A stretch of DNA of 20,000 bases from an uncultured virus (IMG/VR IMGVR_UViG_3300021364_000011) (Duplodnaviria > Heunggongvirae > Uroviricota > Caudoviricetes), in IMG/VR virus record IMGVR_UViG_3300021364_000011. One strand, given 5' to 3'. The translations under genes and the position numbers were made by a program. Positions 16,559-20,000 of the stretch are shown here, piece by piece (positions within the stretch are counted from its first letter, which is position 1; each line of letters opens with the position of its first letter). Under the pieces are notes generated by a model. The model saw only the letters and a list, made by a program, of their open reading frames with translations, was not told where the DNA came from and searched no databases.

Positions 16559-17131
16559 TTATCCTGTTATTGGTGACCCAGGCCACTGTTGTGATACCAC
16601 TCCGTCCCACCTTGCTTCAGGAGTTCTTCCTTGAGTCGCATATGTTGCTGGTTGTCTATTACTATATGTAAATGGTTGTCTATTACTATATGTAAATGGT
16701 GTCTGAGCATTTCTTATATTAGGTTCTTGTGCATTCACTGGATTTTGGTAAGTAAACGGACTTCTATGTTGATACGTAGAAGGTTGTCTAGCATTACTTG
16801 GGTTTCTGTAAGTGAATGGTGACCTATAGTTATATGTAAATGGTTGTCTTGCATTTGCACGATATGGAACCCTATAGGTAAATGGGTTTCTGTAAGTAAA
16901 TGGTTGTCTTGCATTTGCACGATATGGAACTCTATAGGTAAATGGTGACCTATATGTCACTGGTTGTTGAGCATTTGCTGGATACCTTGCACTATATGTA
17001 AAAGGTGACCTATATGTCACGGGTTGTTGAGCACTCGCAGGATACCTTGCACTATACGTAAAGGGACTTTGAAATGAGAAAGGCTGCTGAGCATTTGCAA
17101 TGTAAGGTTGTTGAGTAATTCCGATTGCCAT
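16559..17131 (-). CDS. Repeat protein B: Pro/Tyr/Gln/Arg repeats, paralogue of the repeat region of protein A
   Basis: 190 aa, almost entirely PFTY/ANAxQP repeats. It shares ARQPSTYQHRSPFTY and NPVNAQEPNIRN with protein A and ends in a short Trp-containing tail. Confidence 0.88.
   Translation of the reverse strand: MAIGITQQPYIANAQQPFSFQSPFTYSARYPASAQQPVTYRSPFTYSARYPANAQQPVTYRSPFTYRVPYRANARQPFTYRNPFTYRVPYRANARQPFTYNYRSPFTYRNPSNARQPSTYQHRSPFTYQNPVNAQEPNIRNAQTPFTYSNRQPFTYSNRQPATYATQGRTPEARWDGVVSQQWPGSPITG
16619..17116 (-). repeat. Coding tandem repeats, 60-bp period with 24-bp units at the 3' end
   Basis: gatatggaac..ataggtaaatgg at 16861 and 16921; gataccttgcactata at 16981 and 17041; ggttgtctattactatatgtaaat twice at 16650-16697. 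Confidence 0.92.
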
Positions 17132-17158
17132 TTAGTTATTTCCCGTTTAAAGTTCTCA

Positions 17159-17166
17159 TATTTATA
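17159..17166 (-). promoter_or_regulatory. Late promoter TATAAATA (for repeat proteins B and A)
   Basis: Exact motif in the 17132-17185 intergenic gap. Confidence 0.85.
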
Positions 17167-17185
17167 AAGATTCTAAACCCCTATA

Positions 17186-18760
17186 TTAGGAGTAAAGAAT
17201 CCACAAGTCACCAACTGCACCATCACCTGAAGCAGGAGCTGATGTTGATTGGTAAACGTTTCTAGCAGTTCCACCACTGTTTGTTGCATTGGTGATAGTA
17301 ATTGCACCTGAGGCAACAGTTCCTACAGAAATATTTGGAGTTCCAGTCAATCCTTGTGCATTTACAGCAAGAGTTGCATTTGAAGCTGTTCCTGTTAAAT
17401 CTCCAGTGACATCTCCAGTGACATTACCTGTTAATGCACCTTCGAAAGTTCCAGCAACAAAAGTTTCTGAACCTACAGTCCATTTGTCATTTGTTTCGTC
17501 CCAAAGAAGTGTCTTAGCAGCAGAACCACCTCTAGTGATACTAATACCTGAATCTTCTGTTGGTGAACCTGAAGTGAAATTACTGTTTAATGCAATTACG
17601 TTATCTGCAAGTGAAATAGTTTCTGAGTTTACAGTCGTTGTAGTTCCTGAAACTGTTAAGTCACCTGTAATTGCAACATTGTCATTTAATGTGACATTAC
17701 CTGAACCATTACCACTTAATACTAAGTTAGTGTCTGTTGATTTTGAAGCAATTGCATCAACTACTATATTATTACTGAATGATATTTCGTTTCCAGCACT
17801 GTTAGTAATATTTTGTCCGTCTTCGATTTGAAGAGGGCCTTTAACAGCAATTACACCACTTCCAGTTGGGTCTAGTTCTAAATCACCCGAACCACTTGGT
17901 TGTATTGACATATTTTGGTTATCGTCTGCACTAAAAACAATAGTTCCTGAATCGTCTTCAATAACTTTTTGTCCGTTAACATATAATGAACCTGGCCCGA
18001 TATACACGTCCTTCCACATCTTGGAAGATGAACCTAAGTCGTAAGTGTTATCTGCACTTGGGATTATATTCCCATCAAAACTTCCACCACCTAAGTAAGA
18101 TTTAACACGTGCATCAGTATAATAGAGGTTGCTTGACCCTTCTGAAAGGTCATCTGAGTCGTTATTAGATAAATCTATATCTGTAGCAGTTTCAGCTTTT
18201 GTTGAGGTGTTCTTACTTCTTGATTGAAGTTTACCATTACTATCTCTTTTAAGAACAAGAACGTCTGAACCTGTTCCAAGTTCGATTTCTGCAACTTTAA
18301 GTGATTTTAATGTTCCACTTTCAGAAACTTCAACGTTTCCGTCTGAATCTTTTGAAAGTTCTGTTCCACCTAAGTTAATAGTTGAACCAGCAAGGTATAA
18401 ATCATTCCACCTTGCACTTGAAGAACCTAAGTCCCTTGTTTCGTTTCCATCAGGGATTAAATTACCTCCCCAAGTTGCACTGTAGTCGATAGCAAGTGAA
18501 ACGTCACCTGAAGTTCCACCACCTGATAGACCTGTTCCAGCAGTGACTCCAGTCACATCACCAGTTTGTCCGTCAATTGTTAGTGTGTTTGCACTATCGT
18601 CATATGTTAATGTTATACCTGTTCCCGCAGTCAAGAGGGTATTGACTCTATCGTCAATCGAATCAGTTATGGTAGAACCCGTAAGTCTACCTGAACTGTC
18701 TATAACCTCTGTTGTCCCGACTGTAAGACCATTCTTGATTATAAAGTTCTTAGCTGTCAT
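17186..18760 (-). CDS. Virion fibre/tail-fibre-like structural protein
   Basis: Gly/Ser/Thr/Asp-rich with motifs typical of marine phage fibres: TAGTGLSGGG, IPxxDxTxDLGSSSxxWxDxY twice, DDLSEGSSNLYYT, GDLTVSGTTTTVNS, LLWDETNDKW, C-terminal SAPASGDGAVGDLWI. Confidence 0.8.
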   Translation of the reverse strand: MTAKNFIIKNGLTVGTTEVIDSSGRLTGSTITDSIDDRVNTLLTAGTGITLTYDDSANTLTIDGQTGDVTGVTAGTGLSGGGTSGDVSLAIDYSATWGGNLIPDGNETRDLGSSSARWNDLYLAGSTINLGGTELSKDSDGNVEVSESGTLKSLKVAEIELGTGSDVLVLKRDSNGKLQSRSKNTSTKAETATDIDLSNNDSDDLSEGSSNLYYTDARVKSYLGGGSFDGNIIPSADNTYDLGSSSKMWKDVYIGPGSLYVNGQKVIEDDSGTIVFSADDNQNMSIQPSGSGDLELDPTGSGVIAVKGPLQIEDGQNITNSAGNEISFSNNIVVDAIASKSTDTNLVLSGNGSGNVTLNDNVAITGDLTVSGTTTTVNSETISLADNVIALNSNFTSGSPTEDSGISITRGGSAAKTLLWDETNDKWTVGSETFVAGTFEGALTGNVTGDVTGDLTGTASNATLAVNAQGLTGTPNISVGTVASGAITITNATNSGGTARNVYQSTSAPASGDGAVGDLWILYS

Positions 18761-19020
18761 TAAAATGTTCCCCCATCTACTTGTGGTAATGATAATTCAC
18801 CCGAAGATGAATTATAACTTAAATTTGATTCTCCACTAGCAAGTGATATAGCACCTCTTGCAAGAGAGTTTGAAAAGTATTGATTAGTTGACCCTTCAGC
18901 AAGTGAATCTGTGTCTAATAAAGATAATGCACTTGCAGCGAGTTTACCCGCACTTGATATGACTTCGGTAGTTCCTACAGTCAATCCATATTCAATTACG
19001 AAGGTATTTTGTGTTGCCAT
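18760..19020 (-). CDS. Short paralogue of the fibre protein N-terminus
   Basis: FVIEYGLTVGTTEVISSAGKL matches FIIKNGLTVGTTEVIDSSGRL; DTDSLAEGSTNQYF matches DSDDLSEGSSNLYY; ends in DGGTF; stop/start overlap (TAATG) with the fibre gene. Confidence 0.75.
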   Translation of the reverse strand: MATQNTFVIEYGLTVGTTEVISSAGKLAASALSLLDTDSLAEGSTNQYFSNSLARGAISLASGESNLSYNSSSGELSLPQVDGGTF

Positions 19021-19056
19021 TGAAGAATGTCCCCTTTACTTTTGATTTTACCCTAA

Positions 19057-19064
19057 TATTTATA
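19057..19064 (-). promoter_or_regulatory. Late promoter TATAAATA
   Basis: Exact motif in the 19021-19110 intergenic gap. Confidence 0.85.
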
Positions 19065-19110
19065 AAGTCGAGTCGTTTAAGCAGAAGGTTATTTTAAAAA
19101 AAATTAAATT

Positions 19111-19362
19111 TTATTCAGGCAATGGTGCGTCTGCAGCTGCTTCACATACACCTAATGTATATGCTTGGTCAATTTGTGCTTCTTCACCTGAGGCAAGAGT
19201 AATATCATTTGCATTGCAGTGTAAAATCAATGCAGAGAGAATCTCTTCTTTAGCAATTCTTGCTCTATTTTGTGCTGCGTTAGTAATCCAATCATCTATA
19301 TCTGTAGTGATTGTATCCAAAGCTTTCTTTTCTGTTTCAGTTAATGTAATTGTATAATCCAT
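19111..19362 (-). CDS. Small fibre-associated hypothetical protein
   Basis: 83 aa (YTITLTETE..AL...DDWITNA..NRARIA..EI) immediately downstream of the C1q-domain fibre. I recall this type following C1q fibres in marine phages. Confidence 0.6.
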   Translation of the reverse strand: MDYTITLTETEKKALDTITTDIDDWITNAAQNRARIAKEEILSALILHCNANDITLASGEEAQIDQAYTLGVCEAAADAPLPE

Positions 19363-19370
19363 AATTCTAT

Positions 19371-20000
19371 TTATCCTATTAAAAATCCACTGAAGTTATT
19401 GTATTCAGATGCAGAACCTTGCCAACCTGAACTTGTTCCTGATTCTCCAACATATGCTTCAATGTAATCATTTGCAGCCAATTTTACTGACATTGACATA
19501 TCAAATCTAGTATGATATTGACCTGTTTTGTGTTGCCAGTTGTATTGCAATATTGAACCATTCTTTCTAAGTGCTATCCAAGCTTGAACAGCACTACCCG
19601 AGTCATGAGTCATAACACTAAAGGAGAAAAAATATCTTCCAGCAACTGGTGCAGTAAATCTTCCATTTGAAGTATTGTAATGACTTCCGTCATTGTGATT
19701 TCTACTTCCAGTTGCATAGTCACAAACAAAAACTGCATCATCAGTTTGATATCCATTGTTTTTTGAAACACTAAATGCAACTTGATTCGGCATAGTGATA
19801 TAGCCTTCTTCATGAATTCTCATTCTTTCTGTAGGACTACTTCCATTACTAATTATTATATCATTAGAATCTTGAACTTGAAATCTTGCTCTTTCAGTTG
19901 AATCATCTCTAAAGAAAATATAATTTGCTTGGTTTCCTCCAGCTTCTATATCAAGAGCTGCCCAGTTTGTATCAGTATTTGTTATCTTCAGTCTTGTGCT
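19371..20000 (-). CDS. Tail-fibre protein with C-terminal C1q-like domain (3' part; start lies beyond the window)
   Basis: The frame stays open from 19823 to the edge (STRLKITNTDTNWAALDIEAGG...SPTERMRIHEEGYI; ERMRI fibre motif). C1q motifs: VAFS, YNTSNGRFTAPVAGRYFFSF, VKLAANDYI, FSGFLIG. Confidence 0.85.
   Translation of the reverse strand, partial: STRLKITNTDTNWAALDIEAGGNQANYIFFRDDSTERARFQVQDSNDIIISNGSSPTERMRIHEEGYITMPNQVAFSVSKNNGYQTDDAVFVCDYATGSRNHNDGSHYNTSNGRFTAPVAGRYFFSFSVMTHDSGSAVQAWIALRKNGSILQYNWQHKTGQYHTRFDMSMSVKLAANDYIEAYVGESGTSSGWQGSASEYNNFSGFLIG

Noticed and set aside
15897..17116. Repeats as a CRISPR array or DGR template/variable repeat pair
   Set aside because: The periods are multiples of 3, the repeats are in frame and vary mostly at synonymous sites, and there are no unique spacers. 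There is no cas or reverse transcriptase gene in the window, and differences are not adenine-specific.
2826..18839. Plus-strand ORFs in the track (e.g. 3773-4105, 4490-4777, 6860-7162, 17289-17831, 18543-18839)
   Set aside because: All are antisense shadows of well-supported minus-strand genes, with no recognisable motifs.
2908..19813. Alternative-frame minus-strand ORFs (2908-3090, 3930-4181, 15662-15973, 16262-16507, 16735-16920, 19610-19813)
   Set aside because: They are nested out of frame within real genes; those in the repeat genes just reflect the repeat periodicity.
1..20000. tRNA or other structured RNA genes
   Set aside because: Intergenic gaps are at most about 90 nt and are accounted for by promoters and RBSs; no cloverleaf was seen.

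Overview
This is an AT-rich segment of a T4-like myovirus, probably marine (host not determinable from this window). All credible genes lie on the minus strand. In transcription order (20000->1) they are: a C1q-tipped fibre gene (truncated at the edge), small fibre-associated genes, a 524-aa fibre gene, an accessory cassette, and the conserved T4 morphogenesis core gp13-14-15-16-17-18-19-20-(67)-?-21-22. Several T4-type late promoters (TATAAATA) are present. The accessory cassette at 10.5-17.1 kb is the interesting part. It encodes two Pro/Tyr/Gln/Asn-rich repeat proteins whose irregular proline spacing is an exact mirror image (23 Pro pairs, with positions always summing to 226). One of them ends in a Gly5-Hint (intein-like) domain that lacks a +1 splicing nucleophile. 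They are followed by a ParB-like/glycosyltransferase fusion, a probable chaperone, two 2OG-Fe(II) oxygenases and a DUF6065-like protein. My hypothesis is a self-processing, antiparallel two-chain virion filament that is hydroxylated/glycosylated by its own enzyme cassette. Other observations are an RBS-sequestering hairpin at gene 13, probable leaderless late genes, and near-total GATC avoidance. All family assignments come from motif recognition and synteny, not database searches.
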